DNA of 64,000 bases from Octopus vulgaris. Taxonomy: Eukaryota. The DNA is taken from contig OX597814.1 of the NCBI GenBank assembly GCA_951406725.2, positions 67,208,001-67,272,000 on the forward strand, read 5' to 3'. Both the position numbers and the translations under genes were made by a program. This document shows positions 11,538-23,279 of this stretch, piece after piece. The notes below the pieces were generated by a model. The model was not told the DNA's origin, did not search any database, and saw only the letters and a program-made list of their open reading frames with translations. Position 1 is the first letter of the stretch; every line of letters begins with the position of its first letter.

Positions 11538-13977
11538 TTACTTGTCCTGCCTGGTCTTCTCACGTACAGCATATTTCCAAAGGTCTCGGTCGCTGGTCAT
11601 TTCCTCAGTGAGGCCTAAAGTTCGAAGGTCGTGCTTCACCACCTCGTCCCAGGTTCGGGTTCCCTGAACTGCTAGGGATTGGCACTTTTTCACACACCTA
11701 TCTTCATCCATTCTCGCCACATGACCATACCAGTGCAATCGTCTCTCTTGCACACCACAACTGATGCTTCTTAGGTCCACCATTTCTCTCAAGGTACTAA
11801 CGCTCTGTCGAGTATGCACACTGACATTACACATCCATCGGAGCATACTGGCTTCATTCCTTGCGAGCTTACACATGTCCTCAGCAGTCACGGCCCGTGT
11901 TTCACTGCCATGTAGCATGGCTGTTCGTACACATGCATCATACAGTCTGCCTTTTACTCTGAGCGAGAGGCCTTTAGTCACCAGCAGAGGTAAGAGCTCC
12001 CTAAACTTTGCCCAGGCTATTCTTACTCTAGCAGTTACACTTTCAACGCATCCACCCCCACTACTGACTTGGTCACCTAGATAACGGAAGCTATCAACTA
12101 CTTCTAGTTTTTCCCCCTGGAAAGTGACGGAAGTTGTTTTCTGCAAATTTTCAGAGTTTAATGCTCCCGATCATCTGCCGCATACAAAAACTATCTTCCC
12201 AGTTAGCCTTCCTTTGACATTGCTGCACCTCTTATGTGTCCATAGCTTACACTGGGTACATCTTATAGAGTTTCTACCTACACCTTCTCTACAGATCGAG
12301 CAGGGCCATCTTCCTGAAGACATTTGTGGATTGTCTACCTTCCTACTTATTAGTACTTTGGTTTTAGCTAGGTTGACTCTAAGGCCCCTCGATTCTAAAC
12401 CCTCCTTCCACACCTGGAACTTCTCCTCCAGTTCTGATAGTGACTCAGCAATTAGAGCTAGGTCGTCAGCATAGAGGAGCTCCCAGGGGCAACCTGTCTT
12501 GAATTCCTCCGTAATTGCCTGGAGGACTATGATAAATAGGAGGGGGCTGAGTACTGAACCCTGGTGGACCCCAACCTCTACTTTGAATTCTTCTGTGTAC
12601 ATGTTGCCAACCCTAACTTTACTTACGGCATCCCTGCGGACACATTTCTCTCCTACCACATCACGATTCTCTCTCACACACTGTCTTGCAACATGAAATA
12701 CCTCAAGTCTTTCATCCTCACGGCGCAGAACATTGGCAAATTTTTTCTTATCCGCTTCCCCTCTGGCTAAATAAACCTGTCTCCTAGCTTCCCTTCTGGC
12801 TGTCTGATACAATTCCCTGCTACCACCGTTCTTCCAGACCCTCCAAGCCTGTTTCTTTTGTCTAATAGCCCTGTCAACCACATTGTTCCACCACCACGTT
12901 ACTCTGGGTCGAGATGGGACTTTGCTCCATCCACAGATCTGGTCAGTGGCTGTCAGCAGATTGTCCCGTAGAAATCTCCAGTTGTCTTCCACATTAAGTG
13001 AAGCTATATCCCCTTCTATTTCGTCAAAGGCTTCGAGTAGTATGTCTCTAAATCTCTGACCATTTTCAGGATCTTTAAGCTTCCAGACCCTTCTCCTCCA
13101 AGCTGGTCTTCTTCTGGGCAACCATTTAGCTCTGATCCTGAAGTCGCTAACTACTAATCTATGTTGAGGAGTACATTCTTCGCCTGGAAAGGTTTTGGCA
13201 TTTATAAGCAGCCCTCTTTTCCTCTTTCTGGCGAGGATGTAGTCGATCTGGCTAGTGTGTCTGCCAGAACGGTAGGTGACTAGGTGAGAGGTGGGTTTCC
13301 TGAAGTTGGTATTGCAAACCATAAGGTCATTTGCATCACAGAACTCCAGCAGCCTGGTTCCTTCCCCATTTCGAGAGCCAAAACCGTAGCCTCCATGAAC
13401 GCCATGGAAGCCCCCGACATGCCGTCCAACATGTCCATTGAAATCACCTGCCACAAAGAGAAGGTCACTGTCATTTGTCAATGAAGTAGTCCGCAATAGG
13501 GTGTCGTAGAATTGGTCTTTCTGTCCTTCCGGTAGCCCTGGTTGAGGGGCATATGCCGAGATGATGGTAGCTGACCTATGGTGAAGCACTAATCTAATCT
13601 TAAGTACTCTATCACTTACTCTGACTACCTCGATTACCTTATCTACCCATTTCTCCGCAAGAAGTATACCCACGCCCCTGACCCCGTCAGTGTTCCCAGA
13701 AAATCTTGTACCTATGTTCCTTGCCTGTGAGGAGCCTAGCGGAACCTTCTCTCCACCTTACTTCCTGGATGCAGCATAAATCCACACGTCTCTGTTCAAG
13801 CGGCTCAACAATCTCTCCAGACCTACCTTTCAATGTGCCAACATTGAGTGTGCCAACTCTGAGGGTGTGGGAGGTGTGCGCCTCTGAGACCCTGGGATGA
13901 GGGACAGCCGTGTCATGTACCTGAAAAGAAAGCTTGCATTTGGCAGATTTCATACTGAAACACTGCATACATTTCAC
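11538..13977 (-). pseudogene. RTE endonuclease-reverse transcriptase ORF (broken)
   Basis: ORF pieces 13687-13977, 12171-13673 and 11538-12146. There is a frameshift near 13685, a premature TGA at 12171-12173 and a large deletion of the RT N-terminal half. Confidence 0.88.
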
Positions 13978-14236
13978 AGTTTTTGCGCTATATGATCAAA
14001 TAAACCCTACATAGGGGTGCAGTTGGGGGTATACGCGGGGGGGGGGGATAGTCAAGTAAGACAGAGGTAGAAACTTCCAGTGTTGGTGGAGGGGTTGAGA
14101 CTACAACCTGCATATGTTTCACCGTTTTTGCGCTATATGATCAAATAAAACTGACATAGGGGTGCGAGTGGGTGTATACGCGGGGGGGATAGTCAAGTAA
14201 GACAGAGGTAGAAACTTCCGGTATTGGTGGAGGGGG
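13963..14236 (-). repeat. Two tandem ~145 bp monomers in the RTE 5' UTR
   Basis: The block TTTTTGCGCTATATGATCAAATAAA...TATACGCGGGG...GATAGTCAAGTAAGACAGAGGTAGAAACTTCC occurs twice. Confidence 0.85.
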
Positions 14237-14959
14237 CGGGAGGGCGTGTGCACCTCGAAGGAGCAACGAGGTTGAAGATAATTCGTAGGGAATTTTCTGC
14301 AACAAAAATTACTGAAACATCTAGAAACTTTGGGAATTGAGTAAAACATAATTTAAATAAATGAAAACCGCAGTGCTAAGTCGAAAGAGAGAGACAGCGA
14401 GTCAGAGTGAATGAATAGAATGAGCTGAATGTATGTATCCAGTGACACCAAATGATCACAACAATCATATTCCACTCATATTCTATTCATTGCATATCTT
14501 CTTCAATCTCACCACAAAGGCATGCCTATAATGCAGCCACACAGGCACACACATATTTGTATGTGAGTGTGTGTTATGTATAACTATATTGATCCGACTA
14601 TTGGCTGTTGTTATACACCACTGGCTCTTGCATTGTTGTAGACAAGCAGGTCAACACTCCCCCTGAATGGAATACCGGTCAGTCACAGGGTTATCCATTT
14701 ACAGCTGAGTAGACAGAACAATGTAAAATAAAGTGTTTTGTTCAAAAATGAAATACATTGCTCAGTGGTGAATCAAAATTCATCTTGTGATCATGAGTGC
14801 CACACACCTTTATATATATATAATATGTATATGTATGTGTGTGCGTGTGTGTGCGTGTGTGTGTATATAGTTAATCCAAACATGAACAAAGAGAAAATAC
14901 AACAATGCAGAACAAGTATAGCGTTATTGGATGCTCAGGAAAGGAAAGGAAGAAGGAGG

Positions 14960-14994
14960 ATTTAACGTTTCAAGCAGAACTTTTCATCAGAAAC
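14960..14994 (-). ncRNA. Minimal type I hammerhead ribozyme-like motif
   Basis: Minus strand reads GTTT CTGATGA A AAGT-TCT-GCTT GAAA CG TT AAAT: both core boxes, a short stem II, a palindromic stem III and a weak stem I. Confidence 0.5.
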
Positions 14995-15049
14995 ATAGGA
15001 AAAGGAAGGGAAGATGGAGAAAGAAAATTGCCAACGATACACACACGGT

Positions 15050-15099
<50 letters not shown>

Positions 15100-15104
15100 G
15101 TGTG

Positions 15105-15615
15105 AATCATTGGATGACATTCCGTGCTTGAGAAGACCTATTGAATCAAGTAAAATCAAAGACAAATTAAATCACAAATGGAATTATAGTTGTGGCCAAT
15201 GCTAGTGCCACTTGACTGGCTCCCATGCTGGTGGCATGCAATAAGCACCATGCATGCATGAATTGTTGCCAGTGCTGCCTGACTGGTTCCCCATTCTGGT
15301 GGTACATAAAAGGCACCATCCAAACATGGTTGATGCCAGCCTCCCCGCCCCAACTGGCTCTTTTGCTGGTAGCATGTAAAAAGCACCATTGGAATGTGGC
15401 TGATGCCAGTGCTGCCTGACTGGCTCCTGTGCCGGTGGCACATAAAAAGCACCCACTACATTCTAGGAGTGGTTGGTGTTAGGAAGGGCATCCAGCTGTA
15501 GAAACATTGCCCCATCAAATTGGAGCCTGGTGTGGCCTCCTGGCTTGCTAGTCCCCAGTCAAACTGTCCAATCCATGCCAGCATGGAAAATGGACATTAA
15601 ATGATGATGATGATA
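15105..15615 (+). mobile_element. RTE-tail non-autonomous repeat (another copy at ~17300-17665)
   Basis: Repeated GGTGGCAC...AAAAGCACC units, then AGGAAGGGCATCCAGCTGTAGAAAC...CCATGCCAGCATGG...(GAT)n, matching the RTE 3' UTR at 11.0-11.5 kb. Confidence 0.7.
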
Positions 15616-16043
15616 TCACTAAGCTATGGGGATATAAACAGACCAACACCAGTTGCTAAGTGGTGGTGAGGGACAGACATAAATATAAAGACACACAAGG
15701 CTTTTGTTAGCCTCACTTTAGAGAAGATGCCCAAAATTCCACACAGTACAACTGAACTTAGAACCATGTGGTTAGGAAACAAACTTCTTGCTGCGCAGCC
15801 ATGCTTGCACTTATTATATATGTGAGAATATGGTTGCGTGTATTTTTGATCTTTTTTCTTTTCTACCTATTAGAGTAACTTCCCTTTCAATCAATGGTTT
15901 TTATCGTAGTGTCTACTGATATTAATAGCCAACAAGAATGCATCATAGCTCTTTGGTCCGACATTCGAAACTCCGAGTACTGTAATGACAACTTATTGTT
16001 TGTTCTAACGTATAACATATATATATTTATATATGTGTGTTTG

Positions 16044-16082
<39 letters not shown>

Positions 16083-16240
16083 TTTATCAAAGGACATACT
16101 AAGTATGACTACCTGCTTGAAATAACAGTCAAAGCTCTTATTAAATTGCCAAAAAATACACTGATAAAAACTACAGAAATCAAACGATGGCAACATCAGG
16201 TTAAGACAATCTACTAACATACATTTAAGTATCTGGACTC

Positions 16241-16292
16241 ACGTGAACCGGTTTCTGCACTGGCAAAATAAGCCTTAGCTTCTTCAGCATGC
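16241..16292 (-). ncRNA. Decayed minimal hammerhead ribozyme-like motif
   Basis: Minus strand reads GCATG CTGAAGA AGCTAAGGC-TTATTTT-GCCAGTGCA GAAA CCGG TT CACGT: core boxes plus ACCGGT palindrome, with imperfect stems. Confidence 0.4.
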
Positions 16293-16407
16293 ATTACCGT
16301 GATTAGAGATTCCCAACCCATCGCTTTGAAGTCTGTGCCACAACTGATTCATTTCACGCCGAAATCACAGCAGTCACCAGTGTAAAATATATATATATAG
16401 AAATACT

Positions 16408-17069
16408 ATTGCTATTCAGTAAAACAAAGCACCATAAAGGTTGAAGTATGAATATAGAATAGTGGTACAACAATGCACCAATATTTACTGGAAATAGCAG
16501 TCGATAATATACAACGCTATAGTAAAGCTTTACTGTGTATATACTGGCAAAGATGTTTGTGGATGGCAAACATAAAAAATTTCGTCTTAACTGTAGGAAG
16601 AACATTAGATAAATGTATAACCCAGATGTGAATAATCTAGGACCTAGGTTTCGAACTCTCTAAAATACTTTAACCTTATGGTGCTTTGTTTTACTGGATA
16701 GCAATTTTATTGTGTTGCACTATTTAATAATTTTTTCTTTGAAAACTCTTTCACTGATCTTGATTCTATTAATGGCTTAGGCATTCAGGCGAGTATACTG
16801 GCACTGATGTAGCAACATACAAAATTTTGTCTGGGGAATCTAGTTGAAGAGAACTAATTAAATTTACATTAACAAATTTATTTTGGAGAGTTCAAAACCT
16901 AGGTCCTAGATTATCCACATCTGGGTTGTACATTTATCTAATGTTCTTCCTACAGGTAAGATGAAATGTTTTATGTTTGCTGCCTACAAACATCTTTGCA
17001 AGTATATACACAGTGAAGCTTTACTATAATGCCATACATTTGGTGCATTGCTGTACCACTATTCTATAT
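16408..17069. repeat. Interleaved inverted repeats A-B-A'-spacer-B'
   Basis: A 16408-16449 pairs with A' 16665-16705. B 16452-16667 pairs with B' 16879-17069 (for example TCTAGGACCTAGGTTT versus AAACCTAGGTCCTAGA). Confidence 0.85.
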
Positions 17070-17699
17070 ATATATTTGTAGAGAGAGAGAGAGAGAGAGA
17101 ATAGTGTTCAGAGGGATACATACATTGAGTTCTGCACCAGGTTATTAGTATCACAATGCCTAAGCAATATATATATATATATATATCTTGTTACTGGTCT
17201 CAAACGCCTTCTCTCTCTCTCTGACCAGGTAACTATGTATCTCCTCTACAGTAAGACTCCTGTTTTTGTGTCACTGTCACACTAACCTTTCATCATTTGA
17301 TACAAGATTGCTTCCAATGCCCCCTCCCCTCTCAAAGGATCTTTGTTTTGCAAGTTACTTAGTGACCCTGCTAATGCTGGTGTTGCATAAAAAGCATTCA
17401 GTCCACACAATAAAGTGGTTGGCATTTGGAAGGGCACTCAACTAAAAAAACCATGCCACAACTGACCTTGCCTGTGCCAGTGCCACATAAAAAGCATTGT
17501 CCATTCTGTGGAGTGGTTGGTGTTAGGAAGGGCTTCCAGCTGTAAAAACCATGCCAAAACAGACAACTGGAGCCTGGTGCAGCTCTCTGGCTGGCTAGCT
17601 CCTATCAAACCATCCAACCCATGCCAGCATAGAAAGCAGAGATTAAATAATGATGGTGATGATGAAATATATATATATATTTATACATAAACATACATA

Positions 17700-19400
17700 C
17701 ACATGTTAATATCAAACAGTGAGAATGAGTGCTCAACACCGCATTGTTAGATAAATATTGACCAGTCTTCCCACCAATGCACAAAAGTGGTATATCTCTA
17801 CTGTTGGAACAAATATATTTCTCTCCTTTGTTTTTATAATAGTAAGGATGCTTGTATCCTTTCAATGTTGAGATATAGACTTACAATTCAGAGATCTAAT
17901 AACTAAGCATCCCCATATACAGGTGATTACACTCCTTCAAGATTCCAATTAGAATAATGTCCAGTTCATATTTCCCCTTTTTTAACATCTTAGTGGCAGC
18001 ACCAACATAGTAAAAGTTGGTGACTCATCAAGGTGATGAATGACAGGCATTTCACAAACTTCCTTCATTACTGCTGGACTCACTGGTTTAGGTGAGTTTA
18101 GTAGCTAGAGTTCTACCAGCACTCTACTATTGTTGTCACTATTTCTTTTTTTTTTTTTTGTGTCTGTAGCAATATGCTATCTGATCATTTGACTGGCTAT
18201 GGAACAATTCCTGGTACCATCATAGAAAGCGTGCATGTCTGCATGAATACTGAGCTTTCCCAATCCACCTTTCAACAGGCAGCATATGAAAAAATTAACT
18301 GAACCTTACTTTAAAGAGTCAATTATTGCTTTTTTTAGGAGTGTTACCTGACATGTTATCTAAGAGTTATTATGTGAACAGGAGCCTGTGGAACAGAGAT
18401 CTCATCAAACCACCAATATTGATGTTTTTCTCTTCAACAGTAAATTAATAATGTGCAGAATTTAAAGCAGACCATTTTTTTGTCTTCCATGCCAACTTCT
18501 AAGCTGATGAATTCCTTGGAAACTAGAGAATAATGAATTTTCTTGCAAATATCCCAACTGTTGAGCTTGTAGCAGTTGACAGTCTTGGTTTTGAACAACC
18601 TGTACGATGCTCAGCTCCACCTGTTGTACAGTTGAGCTGATCTTTAAAATCTCCACACTAACCATGATCATGTTGCTAATAGTAAGACTTCCCCTCTCTG
18701 CACTCAGTGAAATAAGTCTGATGTCATTGCTGTTAGTTTTCACAATACCATGATTCCCAATCTCTCCCAGTTTTTCTTTGTTCTTTTCTTTTGATTTATT
18801 CAAACCATCCATGAAATGACTTTGTCTTGTGTGTGCATTTTAGTATTGGATTCAATAAATGATATTAGATAATAAAGTTGGTGCACAAACTCACAATAAT
18901 GTGACAAGAAGTATCTATGGAAGGAAAAAAACTAAGCCTCACTGATATATTATTCTTATATTTACAATGACTATGGGTTGAGTGCATAATTTGTTCACTG
19001 GCAGAAAAATTTGCAAGAACAGCTGCCATTTGAGCCCAGCAGCCAGCAACTGATGTTTAATGTTGTTTAGTGTCCAGGCTAAAAGCCTCCAGTACATACA
19101 CATATGCTCCCTTTGCCAGACACTCTATCACTGCAAGAACTTTTTAAGGATCCAAGAACCAAGATCCACATTAAAGGATAATTTACCTGCACAAAGAAGC
19201 TTTATAGAAGGAAATATGCATTTCCTAGTATCATTATCTACATGGTGAAGGTAATGTGTCCTATGGCAAGGCAACTGTTATCTGTTCCCGGCTGTTGAAA
19301 ACTGGTGGAAATCCAATCCATTGTAAAACAGCTTTAAAGCTGACTAACACAACCTGATTTCCTCTCAAGATGTGCTCACTTAATATTTATCTTCCCGGGC
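17700..19400 (-). mobile_element. Ancient degraded RTE (BovB-like) fossil
   Basis: Remnants IGNHGIVKTNSN..LTISN, WFDE (~18401-18412), HAFYD and YKNKGEKYICSNSRDIPLLCIGGK are collinear with the younger RTE at 60.5-63.3 kb (GKQGIGKCNSNG, WFDE, KKFYE, YKRKGDRQSCDNHRGISLLSIAGK). Confidence 0.7.
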
Positions 19401-19899
19401 TCATCTACAAGACAGCAGGAAGTGCTTGGTATATTCAAGAGTATATCTACCAGGATTAGCTTGCATACTCTATCTCTCTCTGTATGTATGCACATGCTAA
19501 TTAACATCATCATTAACTTCATCATAATTTTACCTTGTTTTCATCTTTTCTGTTGTTGCCAACATGCGTGATATCCTGGAGGCAAAGTATACAAAATTGT
19601 CTAGAAAATCTCACTTCTGTCTGCTGTACTATGCTTTGTGTGTATTGTATAATCCAAGTAATTTAGTTCCATCAATGTTCTGTATCTATGCTGGTTTTTT
19701 TTATATGCCTTTGTAACAGATGAAATTAGTCAAACTAATTTTGAATTTATATGCAGTATAATTAAAATGGGATATGTGAAAGCAAAAAAACTAGAGGTGA
19801 TAGAGTAAAACTGTTCAGAAAACTGAATTCACCACATCAAAATTATTCATGCCTCAGAGCAACAAATAATGTTTGTAAGCCAGTGAAAAATGTGATATT

Positions 19900-22059
19900 A
19901 TTATAGTATGGTAGTACTCCAGAACATTCTGAATTCAATATGGGTGGCATGTGCAGCATCAGTACCATGCAAGCACAAAAAACCACCCAATAGTGCAATT
20001 TGGGAAGACTGCAGCAGTCTGACTTGCCAGGAAAGAACGCCGTAATGCTGAACAGGAATACAAATTGCACAAATCAGAGAGCAACAGGAAAAAGCACAAT
20101 AAGTCAGCCAACTACCGCAAGCAGGTGACAAAAAAGGCAGTGCTTGAATTTGAACAACGCATTGCAACTAACCCTGACAGCAAAGTGTTCTGGAAGTATG
20201 TGCACTCAAAGCAGAGGCCCCACTCTCCAGTTGGTCCCCTTCACAATCCCCACACAGGACAGATTACTGGCAATCCCAAAGAATGTGCAGAAATCATTGC
20301 TGGATGCTATGCCGGCATCTTTACTGTCGAAGACTAAAATGTTCCATCTTCATCACCACTGACATCGGACTGTATATCTACTATGCAATTTACATCAGCA
20401 ATGCTACGCCACCTTAAGAATAAATGCAACTATGCCTCTCCTGGTCTTGATGGTGTTACATACCTACTTCTCAAACGCGGTGGGTACTTTCTTCTAAGCC
20501 AACTTTCTCTATTTTTCCAATTCTGTCTTGACAATGGTGTTACTCCAGAACAGTGGAAAACTGCCAGTGTTATCCCTCTGTTCAAAAAAGGCGACCGCAC
20601 ATCGCCTGTCAACTATTGCCCCGTTAGTCTTACTAGCTGCATCACCAAACTGATGGAATCCTGTATCAGAGAAACCCTCTGGAACTTCTGGAAGTCTCAC
20701 AGCCTCATCCAGCCATCACAATTTGGATTTATTCCTAACTCCAGCTGCTGTAATCAACTCATCGAGTTTCTTGAGGATGTTACCCAAATCTCTGATCGCG
20801 GATCCTGGGTGGATGTTGTTTACCTGGACTTTGCTAAGACTTTTAACTCTGTGCCACACAAAACACTTATGGTGAAGCTCTCTGCGTTGGGCATAAGAGA
20901 CGAACTCTATAACTGGTTGAAGTCCTTTATCTTCGGCCGAAAAGAGGTTGTCACAGTTCTAGGACAGCACTCTTCACCCTATGAGATGACATCTGGTGTA
21001 CCACAGGGATCTGTTCTTGGCCCCCTTTTATTTGTTGCATATGTTAATGACATAGATGCCAACTTAAAGAATGCCACAGTGCTGAAATATGCAGATGACA
21101 TCAAGCTGTATCTCGAAATAAAGAGGTCAGATCCTGTACACTATAGATCTCTATTGCAAGCAGACCTGGACACAATGCAGCAGTGGATCATGGACTGGCA
21201 ACTCAAGCTGGCTGTGGACAAATGTACCACCATGCATTTTGGGAGGAGAAACCCAGCGTCCACCTACTCCCTCCACAACACTAATCTCAAAAAGTCTTCA
21301 TGTGAACGTGACCTGGGTGTTATTGTTGACAGTGATTTGCGTTGGACAAAACACATTGCTAAAATTGTCAAGAAGGTTGAGGGTGTCTTGGCATCACTCA
21401 CCAAGTCTTTTGTGAGCCGCTCTCCGGCTATCTATCTGCGGCTTTATATAGCTATGGTAAGACCTCACCTGGAATTTGCATCACCGGTCTGGAACCCCTA
21501 TCTTGCCCAGGATATCAATCATCCAGAAGCTGTTCAGCGACGTGCAACCAAAAGAATACCCTCCATCAGGCATTTGCCATATTCTGAATGCCTTACTTCT
21601 CTGGGCATGGACACATTGAAACTCCGACGTCTGGCAGCTGACTTGGCAGACACCCATAAAATTATCAATCATCTTACAAACAATAACTCTGAGCACCTTT
21701 TCAAACTCCACCTGTCTAACACCCGTGGACATGTTTACAAAGTCAGAAAACAGCACAGCTCCCATGACTTTCGGAAACATTTTTTCACGCTGAGAGTTGC
21801 TGAAGCATGGAACAAACTGCTGGCATCAATTGTTAGTTGTCGGAGCACTGCATCCTTCAAAACTTCCATGCTTTCTGAGATTCACCAACACTACACCTAA
21901 TTTTATCCCCTCCATACACACACAAGCATGTATCTGACTCATACATTGTTCGCTTTCCAGACATTTGTACATTACTGCATATACTCTATACGCACTTTCT
22001 GACAAGTTGTGGTGCACCTGAGCATTGTATACAATAATTTCATTATTATATTATTATTA
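19900..22059 (+). mobile_element. CR1/Jockey-group LINE, 5'-truncated
   Basis: Linker K.FWKYV, a complete RT and C-terminus (RPHLEF..PVWNP, TRGH, FFTLRV.EAWN), and a short 3' UTR ending in (ATT)n. Confidence 0.88.
20383..21900 (+). pseudogene. LINE reverse transcriptase ORF, 505 aa open; stop upstream at 20335-20337; endonuclease missing
   Basis: SPGLDG, QFGF, YLDFAK, SGVPQGSVLGPLLF, YADD, ERDLGV. Confidence 0.88.
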
Positions 22060-22578
22060 TGTAATGTCAAATTATTAATCTAAATTTAGTTAGCCCTCTC
22101 GAGTTATTCCCCCTCTTCTGTATTACACAAATTACAACTGGCCAAAATTCACTTGAAATATTTTTTTAATCTTTTACTTGTTTCAGCCATTAGACTGTGG
22201 TCATGCTGGGTCACCGCCTTGAAGAATATTAGTCGAACTAATCGACCCTAGTGCTTATTTTCTTTTTAAACCTGATACTTAATCTATTGGTTACTTTTGC
22301 CGAACCGCTATGTTACGGTGACGTAAACACACCAACATCAGTTGTCAAGCGCTGGTGGAGGGACACACAAACATAAAGGGCTTCTTTTAGTTTCCATCTA
22401 CAAAATCCACTCACAAGGATTTGGTCGAGCAAAGGCTATAGTGGAAGACACAAGGTACCACAGGGATTTTTCCCATTTTTTCATTACACCCTTAGAAATG
22501 ATGGGTGGGGGGGGGGGACAATTGTTATTGTTGCCTAAATCCCAGCAAGGGATTACCCGTGTGTTACTTCCGCATCAT

Positions 22579-22959
22579 CATTCCATAAAAAGTGTTTATG
22601 GAGAGTAAAATATAAAAAAAAAACATCACTACATGTGAAAGTGATAGAGAAATGAAGAAGGTACCAGGTGGTCGTGGGATGTGCTAGAAACAACAGCTAA
22701 ATCTCCTTTAAATATTCCGCCTGGAAAACATTTTCAAATTTCCTTTTTTTTTTTCTACCGAAAAGTCTTCTCCAGTGGCTTCTAAGTGCATAGTGCCAAA
22801 GAAACTGGCCAAAATCGTTCCGGAGGGCTGTGGGGGTGAAAAAAAATTTTTTTTTCCAAAATCTTTTTTTATAAGAAGCTTTCCCTCACCCCACATCACT
22901 TTCACATGTAGTGATGTTTTTTTAATATTTTACTCTCCATAAACACATTTTATGGAATG
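22579..22959. repeat. Inverted repeat, ~66 bp arms (22579-22645 / 22895-22959)
   Basis: CATTCCATAAAA...CATCACTACATGTGAAAGTGAT and its near-perfect reverse complement, about 250 bp apart. Confidence 0.85.
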
Positions 22960-23279
22960 CAGTGAAAATTGGAAGAATCTCCGTCAAAAAGGAAAGAAAG
23001 TCCAATTATATGGGCGACATGATCCGAAAATTCGCCATATTTCTCCTGCCGTGACAGCTTACTAGAGCCTTCTTAATTAACTAACTGTAATAACCACGGA
23101 ATTGTCTTCCCAGTATGTAAACTTCGTTGTCGCATTTTAAATTCATGACCAGCATGGAAAATATTTCATGCGTTTTAAAAATCTATTACTTCTTCGGGGT
23201 CACTACAAGAGCCCATTATTCATTGGTAATACCCGAGCTATTAATTACAATCCATACAGCAGATTACGAAGTATCATTC

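Larger units (their letters stand above)
11024..14420 (-). mobile_element. RTE-clade LINE, internally deleted and inactivated
   Basis: APE domain (GTLNVGTL, IQEVRW, GDFNGH, IDYIL, QHRLVV) is joined at ~12635 directly to RT (GVHQGSVLSPLLF, YADD). The C-terminus reads RLHWYGHVARM. The 3' UTR ends in (GAT)n. The 5' boundary is approximate. Confidence 0.9.

Noticed and set aside
18462-18812. 116-aa ORF as a host exon
   Set aside because: Its N-terminal half matches an RTE endonuclease remnant and it lies within a collinear LINE fossil.
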